In this document: piece after piece, positions 28,511 through 37,958 of the stretch
Layout of the letters: each line of letters begins with the position of its first letter
Position numbering within the stretch: position 1 is the first letter of the stretch
Virus record (IMG/VR): IMGVR_UViG_3300042270_000651
Coordinates: 1 to 64,000 of that record
Direction: 5' to 3' (one strand)
DNA length: 64,000 nucleotides
Source: a virus
Lineage: Duplodnaviria > Caudoviricetes
Made by a program: the position numbers and the translations under genes
Notes under the pieces: model-generated
Told to the model about the DNA's origin: nothing
What the model saw: the letters and a program-made list of their open reading frames with translations, nothing else
The model's database searches: none

Positions 28511-29863
28511 TCACATATCCTTCACGGTCGCTCCGATCTTGCGGTACCACTCCAGCCGGCGGCGGGCGTAGCCCCGGAACACCGGGCTGTCGGTGTCCAG
28601 CATGTCCATCCAGACGGGCTCGGGCTTGTCGGGGTACTCCCGGCGGATGCGTCCGCACGGCTGGATCACGCTGGAGCGCGGCGTCCCCATGATGCCCAGG
28701 TCGAGCCAGGGAATGTTCGTGCCCTCGGACATCATCTGGTACGTGGCCAGCAGCACCGGCTTACCCTTGGCCCGGTCCAGCTCGGCCTCCTTCATGCCGC
28801 CCACGTACAGGCTCATCTGCCGCAGCGGCAGCTCCATGGCCGCCAGCAGCTGGCGCATCGTGTCCAGGTGGTCGAGCATGTCGGAGAACAGCACGATCTT
28901 GCGGCCCTTCTTCCAGCCCGTGAACGCGAGGTTCGCCAGGGTCTGGTTGCGGGCCTCGTCCTGGATCAGGCGCTTGAGCACCCCGCCGGTCTTGCCGGCC
29001 GAGTGCGGCAGCTTGACCAACTCGCTGCGCCCGGTCGTCGGATCGCGGCGCGGCACCCTCGGGCACGTCCAGCTCGACGTGAAGCGCAGCACCTTGGGCA
29101 CCATCATTTCGGCCTCGGTCCGCACCCGCACCGGTCCGATGTGAGCATGGATCAAGGTCTCCTTGCCGTCGGCGCGCTCCGGCGTGGCCGAGAGCCCCAG
29201 GCGCAGCTTGGCCGGGAACATGCCGGCGGTGCGGGAGAACTGCTCGGCAGGCACCCGGTGGCACTCGTCGAAGATCACCAGGCCAAAGCCGTCGACGATC
29301 TCCGACGGGTACCGGCCGTCGATGGACAGGCTGTGGATCATGGCGATCACAACCTTCTTGCCCTTGACGGTGCAGGTGTCCTGTCTGATCTCGCCGACCT
29401 CGCTGGGGCTCAGACCCAGGAACTTCTGGGCCTCCTCCTTCCAGTAGCGGAACAGGTCGTCCTTGGTGGTGACGATCAGCGTCTTGCGGCCGACCATCGC
29501 CGCCGCGAACAACCCCAGCACGGTCTTGCCGAAGCCGGTGTACGCCTCGACGATGCCGGACTGCCCGGCCTTCAGGAAGTCGACGGTCTCGGAGAACACC
29601 CGCGACTGCTCGTCGGAGCGGGGCTTGATCTTGCAATCAACTGCAATGGGCTCGCCGTGATCGCGGCGGTCGTCGTTCGCCGTAGGGCAAAGGCCGCGCG
29701 GCAGGTAGATCACGTTGCCGTCCCGGTACGTCAGGTCGTAGACGTCGCCGAAGCGGGACGTGATCCGGTACTTCCGGTGCAGGTTGGCGTTGTACTTGTA
29801 GGCTGAGCATCCAGCCGTCCACAGCGGCGGATCGGACTGGATCAGCTGGCTGACGTGCGTCAT
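28511..29863 (-). CDS. Superfamily 2 helicase (UvsW-like)
   Basis: TGFGKT, DECH, LSATPER and Q..GRIRR motifs. Confidence 0.9.
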   Translation of the reverse strand: MTHVSQLIQSDPPLWTAGCSAYKYNANLHRKYRITSRFGDVYDLTYRDGNVIYLPRGLCPTANDDRRDHGEPIAVDCKIKPRSDEQSRVFSETVDFLKAGQSGIVEAYTGFGKTVLGLFAAAMVGRKTLIVTTKDDLFRYWKEEAQKFLGLSPSEVGEIRQDTCTVKGKKVVIAMIHSLSIDGRYPSEIVDGFGLVIFDECHRVPAEQFSRTAGMFPAKLRLGLSATPERADGKETLIHAHIGPVRVRTEAEMMVPKVLRFTSSWTCPRVPRRDPTTGRSELVKLPHSAGKTGGVLKRLIQDEARNQTLANLAFTGWKKGRKIVLFSDMLDHLDTMRQLLAAMELPLRQMSLYVGGMKEAELDRAKGKPVLLATYQMMSEGTNIPWLDLGIMGTPRSSVIQPCGRIRREYPDKPEPVWMDMLDTDSPVFRGYARRRLEWYRKIGATVKDM

Positions 29864-29977
29864 GCAAGCCTCGCAATCGGAGAAGAGCGGTCGGCCCCCG
29901 ACCCCATAACCCACCAGGGACCGCCCTTGGTGCAGGCGCGGTAAATGGCCGAAACCCGCGCCCGCGACGAGGGAGCC

Positions 29978-30772
29978 TTACAGCTCTTCCTCAAGCTCCT
30001 TCTTGTCGATGCCCTTCTCGGAGCCGATGCCCTGGGTCGCCTTGCCCAGGCCCAGCTTCAGAAGCTCCTCGGCCGGGCGGTAGGTGATCTCGTGCTCGTA
30101 GTCGGCGGGCTCGGCGACCTCGTTGCCCTTGTCGTCCTTGCCGAAGTGCTCCTGCAGCTCCGCCATGGAGTGCTTCTGCACGAACTCGAACATATTGCCG
30201 ACGTTCGGGCTCTTGTCACCGGTCCGCGACACCTCGAACGTGGCGCCGGTCAGACCGTCGCGCTTCTCGGCCTGCTTCTGCAGCAGCTTCAGCGTCCCGC
30301 GCTTGGCCACGTACAGCTTCTTGGTGTCCTTGATCACCTCGCCCTTGTTGGGGCCGTTCTTGATCGTGTGCTCGGAGTGGTCGATGCAGGTCAGCACCCC
30401 CACCAGGGTCGAGCGTTCGCCGGCCGCGCACAGCGGGCAGGGCTCGTTGTCTTCGGTGCAGACGAAGTCCTGCCACTTGCCGTCGTGGAACACCGTGTGC
30501 TGGTAGAACATCGGCACGTCGAGGAAGCCGTCCGCGTCCAGCTCGCCGTCGAGGAACGTGATCGTCTTCTCGTCGTCTTCCTTGATGTAGAAGGTCCAGA
30601 GCTTGCCCTTCTCTTCCTTGGCCTGCTGGGCCTTGGCCTCCTCGTGCTGGAGCGCCTGCTTGGCTTCCTTGCCCTTCTTGAGGAAGCTCAGACCGCCGGT
30701 CTTCTTGGCCGGGGCCTCCGCCTTCTCTTCGGTGGCTTTCTTCTTCGGCTTGGTAGCGAACGAAACAGCCAT
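29978..30772 (-). CDS. gp32-like single-stranded DNA-binding protein
   Basis: H...C...CPLC zinc site, acidic C-terminus, replication context. Confidence 0.7.
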   Translation of the reverse strand: MAVSFATKPKKKATEEKAEAPAKKTGGLSFLKKGKEAKQALQHEEAKAQQAKEEKGKLWTFYIKEDDEKTITFLDGELDADGFLDVPMFYQHTVFHDGKWQDFVCTEDNEPCPLCAAGERSTLVGVLTCIDHSEHTIKNGPNKGEVIKDTKKLYVAKRGTLKLLQKQAEKRDGLTGATFEVSRTGDKSPNVGNMFEFVQKHSMAELQEHFGKDDKGNEVAEPADYEHEITYRPAEELLKLGLGKATQGIGSEKGIDKKELEEEL

Positions 30773-30887
30773 ATCCTGATCCTCCTGATTGGCCTGGTCT
30801 CTCCTGGGGTGCCTAGTTGTCCTGGCGGTCCCTTGGTTTCCTGGTGACCCTCTTGGTCCACCGTTATCGTCCCAAAAAGGGACGGTC

Positions 30888-31880
30888 CTAGTCGAGTTGA
30901 AAGCCCTCCACCGGTACAAATGGGGCCAGGGCCTCGACCAGCTGGCTTACCGTGGCCTCGCCGGGGTCCTTGACGCCCTCGGGCAGTTCCGCGTGGGCGA
31001 TCAGGCAGTCCGCCAGGGACTCACGGTATTTCTTGCGGGCGCGCTGGCCCGCCTTGTCTCCGTCGAACAGGGTGACCTGCTCCATCACGTCCCCCATGCG
31101 CTGTATTTTCTCCAGGCTCAGGCCCGCCGTCAGCGGGCTGGTCACGTTGGGGTACAGCGGGTGGACGGCGGCCAGGTCGAACACCGACTCAACGACCACC
31201 ACGGGCCGGTCGAAGTCGATCCAGTGCTCACCCAACCAGACGAGCGGGTTGTTCTGCTTCTGGTAGGTATACATGCGGTACTTGAGCGGGTTCGCCGCGT
31301 CGACGGCCCGGCCGTGCAGGCCCCGCAGCCGCCCCTGGAAGTCCCGCACCGGGAAGCAGACGCGGCGCTGCGTGCTGTCCCACCGCAGGTCCAGGGCCTC
31401 GGCTGTCTCCTGGGACACATTGCGCCCCTGCAGGTAGGACCGCGCCTCGGTGACGCCCCAGGCATGGCTGAAACTCTCCAGCCACCACTCCGGGAAGACG
31501 TGCGGCCCGGCCTTGTCACCGAACAGCTCCTCCTCGACATCTGGGAAGTCCAGGTCGACGACTGCGTCCTCCTCGGCGTCTGCAATCAGTTGCAGGGCCT
31601 CGGCGAACTCGTAGCTGTCCCCGCTCGGGTCCTTCTTGTCCCGGAACCGCATCTCGAAGACGAGGTCCGACTGGCTGCCGTGCCAGCCGCAGCTGAAGCA
31701 GTGGGTGAAGCCGTCACCCTTGCTCTCGATCTTCACGGCGAAGCTGGGGTTCTTGTCTACCCCGCTGTCGTGCCGCCAGGGGGCGAGAGGGCACTTGGCC
31801 ACCACCCAACCGTCACGGTCAACGGGCGCGGGCTTGCTACCCAGGTGCTCCAGGTACTTCTTGATGTGGGCGTCCTTCAT
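30888..31880 (-). CDS. DNA primase (zinc finger + TOPRIM)
   Basis: CP..H...CFSC, VVESVFD, FDGDKAG and KDPG motifs. Confidence 0.88.
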   Translation of the reverse strand: MKDAHIKKYLEHLGSKPAPVDRDGWVVAKCPLAPWRHDSGVDKNPSFAVKIESKGDGFTHCFSCGWHGSQSDLVFEMRFRDKKDPSGDSYEFAEALQLIADAEEDAVVDLDFPDVEEELFGDKAGPHVFPEWWLESFSHAWGVTEARSYLQGRNVSQETAEALDLRWDSTQRRVCFPVRDFQGRLRGLHGRAVDAANPLKYRMYTYQKQNNPLVWLGEHWIDFDRPVVVVESVFDLAAVHPLYPNVTSPLTAGLSLEKIQRMGDVMEQVTLFDGDKAGQRARKKYRESLADCLIAHAELPEGVKDPGEATVSQLVEALAPFVPVEGFQLD

Positions 31881-32248
31881 GCCCTCTTCTCCCGCAGCTT
31901 CTTCGACCGGAACAGCACCTTCCTGGCTTTGGGTTTGGCCTGCTTGGGTGGGGGCTTGCCACCGTCCCGGCGCAGCTGGTGCACCGCGCCCACCACCCTC
32001 TGGGGGAAGTCCGACTGCTTGAGCAGACAGCTTCCGGCCGACAGGTCGCCCCGGCTGACCACCGGCTTGTGCCAGTGCTCCACCGTGTCCCAGGCGGCGT
32101 CCAGCTTGGTGCAGAGGTAGTCGAACAGGCCGTCCGACAGGATCGGGTCGTCTTCGATGTAGTAGGCCCAGGAGGCCATCAGGTACCACGGAACCAACAG
32201 GTTCGGGTTTCCCTCGACGGCCTCCCGGCAGGTCTGGTCATGCAGCAT
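31877..32248 (-). CDS. Stand-alone NAD-ligase domain Ia-like protein
   Basis: AYYIEDDPILSDGLFD motif. Confidence 0.65.
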   Translation of the reverse strand: MLHDQTCREAVEGNPNLLVPWYLMASWAYYIEDDPILSDGLFDYLCTKLDAAWDTVEHWHKPVVSRGDLSAGSCLLKQSDFPQRVVGAVHQLRRDGGKPPPKQAKPKARKVLFRSKKLREKRA

Positions 32249-32271
32249 GGGGCCCTCCTTGGCCTGCTGTC

Positions 32272-32454
32272 TCAGGACACGGGCAGCGGCGCGTGGCCGG
32301 GCTCCTCGTGGTGGAGCACCGCACCCAGGTCGCGCTTATCGACGGCCTGACCGCACGCGGTGCAGGCGTAGAAATGGTCGGCCTCGGCCGTCACCGGAGC
32401 GTCAGGCTCTCCGTAGATGCCGCTGGCGGCGTTGTCGTGCCGGGGGTCTGTCAT
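32272..32454 (-). CDS. Small zinc-binding protein
   Basis: CTACG...HH. Confidence 0.5.
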   Translation of the reverse strand: MTDPRHDNAASGIYGEPDAPVTAEADHFYACTACGQAVDKRDLGAVLHHEEPGHAPLPVS

Positions 32455-33074
32455 GCCGGCGCTCCTTGCAGGAAGGGCTTCATGCCCTTGTTGGCGAGGT
32501 GGTCGGCCAGCTCATTGCCGGCGTTCCCCGCATGACCCTTCACCCACTTGAACTTGACGAGGTGCCGGCTGGCGGCGTCGTCGAGGCGTACCCAGAGGTC
32601 CCGGTTCTTGACGGGCTGGCCGGTGGCGGTCTTCCACCCGTTGCGTTTCCAGCCGTTGATCCATCCCGAGATGCCCTTCTGCACGTACTTGCTATCGGTG
32701 AACAGCGTGACGCTGTGGGAGCCCTCCAGGCTTTCCAGCGCCGCGATCACCGCCATCAACTCCATCCGGTTGTTCGTGGTCGAGGGCTCGCCACCGCACA
32801 TTTCCCGGCGCGGCAGGCCGTTCACGTCGCACACGTAGCCCCAACCGCCGGGGCCGCCAGGGTTCTTGATGCAGGCGCCATCCGTGTAGATCACGGCGCC
32901 CGGCCGGCGGGTCACTCCGTGGCTGACGGGGCCCTTGATCGTGTCCACCGTGACGGCCGGCGGCAGCAGGGGGCTGTTCGGGTTCGAGAACGCCGACGAC
33001 AGGTCTTCCTGGGCCGCCTTGGCGGTGACCTGGTCCGGGGCGTCGATCTCCACGACGATGCTGTATTTGGGCAT
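32451..33074 (-). CDS. rnhA: Ribonuclease HI with N-terminal extension
   Basis: [20 protein letters not shown] and WVKGHAG..GNELAD motifs. Confidence 0.93.
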   Translation of the reverse strand: MPKYSIVVEIDAPDQVTAKAAQEDLSSAFSNPNSPLLPPAVTVDTIKGPVSHGVTRRPGAVIYTDGACIKNPGGPGGWGYVCDVNGLPRREMCGGEPSTTNNRMELMAVIAALESLEGSHSVTLFTDSKYVQKGISGWINGWKRNGWKTATGQPVKNRDLWVRLDDAASRHLVKFKWVKGHAGNAGNELADHLANKGMKPFLQGAPA

Positions 33075-33430
33075 CAGTCGTCCTCCGAGACGAGGAACTG
33101 GTAGAAGGCGTCGGCCAGGGACGTGACGTCCTGCGGCGTGCGGTTGTGCTTGCCACCCTTCATGTGGTTGACCGCCATGCCCAGCGCCGCCTCACGGGCC
33201 TCGAAGTCGCCCTCGTCCATGAACGACAGGAATTGCCGGGCCGCCTCGGTCAGCCGGGCGGGGTCCAGGGTGTAGCGGGTCTTGGCGTGGTAGTCGGTGG
33301 CGAGCTTGAGCGCCGTCTTGCGGATTTTCTCGGCCTTGGCCTGGGCCAGCCGGGCCTCCTCCTCCTCGGCGAGGCGATCCTTCAACCGCTGCTCGGCCTC
33401 GGCCTTTCCGATGTGGGTCACCTGCGTCAT
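33074..33430 (-). CDS. Hypothetical protein with two helical repeats
   Basis: R..AL..A...A..F..F occurs twice. Confidence 0.6.
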   Translation of the reverse strand: MTQVTHIGKAEAEQRLKDRLAEEEEARLAQAKAEKIRKTALKLATDYHAKTRYTLDPARLTEAARQFLSFMDEGDFEAREAALGMAVNHMKGGKHNRTPQDVTSLADAFYQFLVSEDD

Positions 33431-33460
33431 GCAGCCCTCCTTGGCTTGCAATTGATTTCA

Positions 33461-33580
33461 GGGGTGCGGTCGGTCTGCCTTGCGGGCCGGGACTATGCCT
33501 GTGGGCCCTGCCCCACTCCCGACCGGACCCGGCCCTCCCGAGACCAATCAGGAGGCAGACTGTGGGTCGACCGCGAACCC
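33461..33580 (-). ncRNA. Candidate structured RNA 3' of tRNA-Gly
   Basis: Nested stems GCGGTCG/CGACCGC, GTCTGCCT/AGGCAGAC, GGGCCGGG/CCCGGCCC and GTGGG/CCCAC. Confidence 0.5.
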
Positions 33581-33608
33581 TTCCATGAGAAGACGTCCGG
33601 TCGGGTGT

Positions 33609-33682
33609 TGGAGCGGGCGGGCGGAGTCGAACCGCCGTCTCCAGGTTGGGAACCTGGCGCTCTACCGCTGAGCTACACCCGC
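33609..33682 (-). tRNA. tRNA-Gly(CCC)
   Basis: Cloverleaf GCGGGTGTAGCTCAGCGGTAGAGC...CCAGG-TTCCCAA-CCTGG...GTTCGAC...CGCCCGC-T-CCA. Confidence 0.93.
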
Positions 33683-33694
33683 GTAGTCGATCTG

Positions 33695-33816
33695 GGGATG
33701 GGGCTGCAGCCGAAGGAACCCGGCACCCCGAGCCCCGTCCACTTGTCGGGCTCGCCACGGGGGGAAGCGAACCCATTCGGCCCGACCGAGGGCCGCCATC
33801 ACGTCAGGGGTGCCGG
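33695..33816 (-). ncRNA. Candidate structured RNA 5' of tRNA-Gly
   Basis: CCGGCACCCC/GGGGTGCCGG closing stem enclosing two hairpins. Confidence 0.45.
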
Positions 33817-33817
33817 A

Positions 33818-34282
33818 TCAGGTGGCCTCACGCTTGGACAGCTTGATGCTCCGGTTGCCGTCGCGCGTGGTGTGCAGCACGTCGGCAGCCTCTTCGGGCG
33901 TGAGGTACTTGTCGATGTCGGTCAGCTTCACGCTGGCCATCTTCATAAACGTGGCGTGGCCCATGTACTCGCGGACCTTGTCGATGTCGATGACGTGGCG
34001 GCTGGAGCCGCGCGGGCTCAACTCCGCGATGAACTTGTGGCCTCGCTGGATCAGCTCCTCGTCGGGCTCGCCGGCCTCGTTGAAGGCGTCGCGCAGCTTC
34101 TTCTGCTTGGCGTTCCACTGGCTGATCAGCTTCTTGGCCTTCTCGACGGCGGGCTCCATCTCGCCCAGCTGGTCGATGATCTCCGCAAGCTCCGACAGGC
34201 CCTTGTCGTGCTCTTCGACCTCGGCAGCGAACTTGGGCTGCTTCGGGGCCTCCTTGGCCTTGGTCTTGAGAACCACCGGCAT
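33818..34282 (-). CDS. Hypothetical protein
   Basis: AAGGAGG RBS; coiled-coil N-half. Confidence 0.65.
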   Translation of the reverse strand: MPVVLKTKAKEAPKQPKFAAEVEEHDKGLSELAEIIDQLGEMEPAVEKAKKLISQWNAKQKKLRDAFNEAGEPDEELIQRGHKFIAELSPRGSSRHVIDIDKVREYMGHATFMKMASVKLTDIDKYLTPEEAADVLHTTRDGNRSIKLSKREAT

Positions 34283-34356
34283 GTCTATCCTCCTTGATTT
34301 CCTATGCCTACGATCAGTCTGACATAGGGGCCCTGGGTGTCAAAGCAAATGGCGGA

Positions 34357-35616
34357 TCAGGTGATCTGCAGGTCCGCCAGATTTACGTCGGCAAGCTCCG
34401 TGAAGTCCATCCCAGTGAAGTCCCACCGGGTCGAGAACGAGCCCACCTCTCCATTGCGACCCTTCAGGATTTCGATGCGGCGCGACTGCAGGGTCTCGAC
34501 GCTCTCCTCCTCGAACAGGCCCATGACCAGGGACGACACCTGGGCGATGGCGTCGGAGTAGCCAATGTCCTCCAGACCCACCGTCTCGTTCTTCTTCTTG
34601 GCCTTTTGGGACGCCGTCTTGGCGAACTGCCACGAGCACACCACCGGCCGGTCGCCGGCCAGGCGGGTCTTGATCAGGTCGGCGTTCTCCGCCACGCGCT
34701 TGAAGCGGTCCTTCTCGGTCGGGTGCTTGAGCAGGTAGGCGCCGTCGATGTAGATGACCTCCGGCTTCAGCTGCTCGGCCAGCATCCAAATGTCCTCGAC
34801 CGTGGCGGTCAGGTTGCCGTCCACCACCCAGAGCGGCACGTCCTTCTTGGATACCGCCGTCAGGGCGCCCTTCAGCTTGCCCATGGCGGTGGTGGACAGG
34901 GCGGCGTTCTTGAGCTTGGACATGGGAACGTGGGCGTTCATCGCCGCCAGGCGCTGCTGGATGGCCAGTGGGTTCATCTCCATCGAGACGAACATGCCGG
35001 GCTTCTCCTGCTCGTGCCAGGCGTGATGGCAGCCGTAGAGCATCTGAAACGTCTTGCCGGCTGCGGGTCTGCCGATCATCGACGCCACGTCGCCGGGCAG
35101 CAGGCCGCCGGTCATCTCGTCCACCGTTGGCCAGCCCATGTAGACGCCCTGGTCGTCGACGCTCCACTGCTCCTTGTAGGCCGCCAGGATCGGACCCATG
35201 GCCTCGCGGAAGTCGGACACGAGATGCGACTGCTTCTGCAGCGACAGGCCCATGACGGCCGCCTGCACGGTCTCCAGGGCCTCCTGGGGCTTCTTGTTGC
35301 CCGGCTTGAGGAACTCTCCCGCCTCCTGCATCGCCTTCTTCAGCGACAGCTCGGTGTGGCGCTCCTTCAGCAGGTCGAGGTAGTAGCCCGGCGGCTCCTC
35401 GGCCTTGGGCAGCTCGACGCCCGTATGCTTCTCGATAGTCTCCGGGTCCGGCAGGGCCTGGTACTTCTTGGCGTGCCCCATCACGAAGTCGAACAGCTCG
35501 GTCTCGTTCGACTTGAACAGGGGCGAAATGTCGCCGGCCTTGAGCAGGTGCTTGAGGTCGCCCGTGGTCACCAGGGCCGCGACGTACTTCTTTCCGAGAA
35601 CTCCTCCGACAGCCAT
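34357..35616 (-). CDS. DnaB-like replicative helicase
   Basis: GRPAAGKT, SMEM, IDGAYL, IGYSDAIAQ and KGRNG motifs. Confidence 0.9.
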   Translation of the reverse strand: MAVGGVLGKKYVAALVTTGDLKHLLKAGDISPLFKSNETELFDFVMGHAKKYQALPDPETIEKHTGVELPKAEEPPGYYLDLLKERHTELSLKKAMQEAGEFLKPGNKKPQEALETVQAAVMGLSLQKQSHLVSDFREAMGPILAAYKEQWSVDDQGVYMGWPTVDEMTGGLLPGDVASMIGRPAAGKTFQMLYGCHHAWHEQEKPGMFVSMEMNPLAIQQRLAAMNAHVPMSKLKNAALSTTAMGKLKGALTAVSKKDVPLWVVDGNLTATVEDIWMLAEQLKPEVIYIDGAYLLKHPTEKDRFKRVAENADLIKTRLAGDRPVVCSWQFAKTASQKAKKKNETVGLEDIGYSDAIAQVSSLVMGLFEEESVETLQSRRIEILKGRNGEVGSFSTRWDFTGMDFTELADVNLADLQIT

Positions 35617-35618
35617 GG

Positions 35619-36194
35619 TCAGCCTTTCACCGGGGTGTAGTGGGACTTGATGAACGACGCCATGGAGGCGCCGTAGTCTCGCTCCAGATCCTTCACGCTG
35701 GTCACGCCGACGACGGTCTGCAGCTCACGGTTCCGGCGGTCGATCAACAGGTCGTGCAGCAGGTTCACGCGCCACTGCGGCTGCCCGGACTCGGCGTAGA
35801 GGTTCGGGATCAGCAGGCAGGTCAGGTGCGGCATCGCCTTGTCGGCCAGCGCGTCGATCACCTGGTTGGCGGTCATCACGCGGGCCCGGATGAAGTTGCG
35901 CACGAGCGCGCCGGCCATGGCCGCCATGCGGGTCTCCAGGTCGGGCGTGAAGGACAGGCCGATGTAGGCCCGACCCGCCTTCTCCTGGCGCCGGAACGTG
36001 CGCAGCCACTCCACCTCGTGGTCCTCCAGCACGTCGGCGACCGGCGTCCAAATCCACCGCTTGGGGATGCCCGCGTCCAGGGCGATGCGGTCGATGTCGG
36101 CGACGAGGCGGGCGTGCACCTCGGGGTTCAGCACGCCGGTCTGGTAGGCCGGGTGGCTCGGCTTCTCGGCCGCCTTGTTGATCGTCACGGGCAT
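35619..36194 (-). CDS. Degenerate DnaC/IstB-like helicase loader
   Basis: AGIPKRW, L.DLL.DR..TVV pattern; between initiator and helicase; no intact Walker A. Confidence 0.55.
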   Translation of the reverse strand: MPVTINKAAEKPSHPAYQTGVLNPEVHARLVADIDRIALDAGIPKRWIWTPVADVLEDHEVEWLRTFRRQEKAGRAYIGLSFTPDLETRMAAMAGALVRNFIRARVMTANQVIDALADKAMPHLTCLLIPNLYAESGQPQWRVNLLHDLLIDRRNRELQTVVGVTSVKDLERDYGASMASFIKSHYTPVKG

Positions 36195-36195
36195 G

Positions 36196-37116
36196 TCACC
36201 ACTCCCCGACGGTGGTCGCCTTCTTGGCGGGCGTGCTGGCGGGCTTGGACGGGCCCTCGGCGGCCCAGCCTTCGTCGGGCGTGAAATTGATTGCAGTCTG
36301 TAGGTTGCTCACCAGGAACGACAGGTCCGGCTTGCTGGGCGACCACTTGGTCTTGCCGGTGTCCTCTTTGCACTGCTCGACGAACTGATGCCAGTGCGTG
36401 ACGGCTCGCACCATGGTCTTGGCGGCGGTGCCGGGCGGGCACGCCTTGATGATCTGCTTGATCTGGCCGCGCGCCTTCTGGGTCAGGTTTGGCACGAACT
36501 CCCCGGTCACGTCGGCGACGGCTTCCTTCCAGGACAGCTCCATGGCCGTGACCTTGTCCTCCAGCTTCGGGGTCTTCTTCGGGGTCTTGGCCACGTCGGC
36601 CACCGAGTACCCACCTTTCTGCTTCATCTTCGATCCTCCTTGATCGGTCTTCGACCCCCCAGCGCCGACCGAGGCGCTAGGTGTGTCTGTAGTCTCTGTA
36701 TTTGTAGTCTCTGTATATAGGGTGGTGTCTCCCGACCCCACCTGGGTGGTGTCGAACGACGCCACCCAGGTGGTGCCCCCAGACACCACGGCTTCCTTCT
36801 CACGGACCTTGTCGAGGCCGAGACGGCGCACCCCAAGATCGGTCAAACGGAGGTGGCTGACGAGGCTGGACCCCCACTTCATCTGGGCCGTTTCGACCAG
36901 GCACATGCCCCGCAGCTTGGCCAGGGCCTTCTTGTACTGGTCCAGGCTCAGGCCCGTCTCCGTGGTCCACTCCTCCCGCGTCTTGACGATCCAGAGCTTG
37001 TCACGCTTGCGCACCGTCATTCTGGGGTGCCAATACGCGATCTGGTGCAGAAGGATCGCCGTCGTGCAGTCCTTGTTCGCCACCTCGACGCAGGTGGTCA
37101 GCATCGTCTTCTTCAT
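36196..37116 (-). CDS. Replication initiator (N-terminal winged HTH)
   Basis: AILLHQIAYW...KTREEWTTETGLS...AL.KL; internal repeats; ETTNTETT linker. Confidence 0.75.
   Translation of the reverse strand: MKKTMLTTCVEVANKDCTTAILLHQIAYWHPRMTVRKRDKLWIVKTREEWTTETGLSLDQYKKALAKLRGMCLVETAQMKWGSSLVSHLRLTDLGVRRLGLDKVREKEAVVSGGTTWVASFDTTQVGSGDTTLYTETTNTETTDTPSASVGAGGSKTDQGGSKMKQKGGYSVADVAKTPKKTPKLEDKVTAMELSWKEAVADVTGEFVPNLTQKARGQIKQIIKACPPGTAAKTMVRAVTHWHQFVEQCKEDTGKTKWSPSKPDLSFLVSNLQTAINFTPDEGWAAEGPSKPASTPAKKATTVGEW
36688..36792. repeat. Putative replication origin within initiator gene
   Basis: GGTGGTG..GAC.CCAC units at 36721, 36745, 36769 (24-bp period) beside 2 x TGTAGTCTCTGTAT. Confidence 0.65.
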
Positions 37117-37181
37117 TGTTCCCCCGTTGCGACAGGACGGAAAAAGGGCCTGGGCGTGAACCCAGACCCATTTCCGGGCGA

Positions 37182-37886
37182 TCAGGCGTCGTTGGAGCCG
37201 TCGCCCTCACCGACCCCCTCGGCATCCTGGTCCTCACCCTCCTCGGGCTCCTCCAGGGCCTGCAGGGACGTCTTCAGCTTCTCGAACAGCACGGCGGTGT
37301 TGACCACCTCGTTGTCCACCAGCCCCTCGACCTCGTCGGTGTGCGCCTTCTTGGCGGCGACCGCCTTTTGGAGCTTCTCCAGCTTGGAGTCGGTCACCCC
37401 GAAGGCTTCCCGCAGGTACGACGCCAGCAGGCTGGGGCGCTCGATGGCGTGGTCGCCGGCCATGTCGATCAGCTTGGTGGCCAGGCGCTCGACGTAGTCG
37501 CCGTCGTGCAGCTTCTGCAGGAGCGCCAGCAGGCCCTCCTCGTCCTTGGCCTCACCGCGCACGAACAGGCCGATGGTGGTCGAGGCGCGGTCCTCGTCGG
37601 CCCGCAGGAACTCGATGTTCGGCCACGCCTCGGTCAGGCCGTACTCCTTGTGGGCGTCCATCGACGTGACGTTGCCCTCGGACGCCTGCTCGGTGTTCTT
37701 GGGCAGCTTGGCCGACCGCAGGCGCACGTTCAGCAGCACCGTGTCCTTGGGGCCGTTGGCGTGGTCGCCGCGCACCATCGGGTAGGGCTTGACGCCCAGG
37801 CCGACGTCGCCCCGGCGGCCGATCACCACGTAGCTCTGCTTGGAGCCGGTACCGTCCATCTTGTTGAAGTTGTCCTTGAGAGACAT
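37182..37886 (-). CDS. Hypothetical protein
   Basis: AAGGAGG RBS; 234 aa. Confidence 0.65.
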   Translation of the reverse strand: MSLKDNFNKMDGTGSKQSYVVIGRRGDVGLGVKPYPMVRGDHANGPKDTVLLNVRLRSAKLPKNTEQASEGNVTSMDAHKEYGLTEAWPNIEFLRADEDRASTTIGLFVRGEAKDEEGLLALLQKLHDGDYVERLATKLIDMAGDHAIERPSLLASYLREAFGVTDSKLEKLQKAVAAKKAHTDEVEGLVDNEVVNTAVLFEKLKTSLQALEEPEEGEDQDAEGVGEGDGSNDA

Positions 37887-37958
37887 ATGCTCACTCCTCC
37901 TTGAGTGTTTGGGTTTACGCCGTACAGGCTAACTAAAAAGGCGGTGTGGGCCAAATCT

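Noticed and set aside
33695-33816. Hammerhead or theta ribozyme beside the tRNA
   Set aside because: CTGACGTGA...CGAA does not match the CUGANGA/GAAA core, and I could not build an HDV-like fold at the tRNA 3' end
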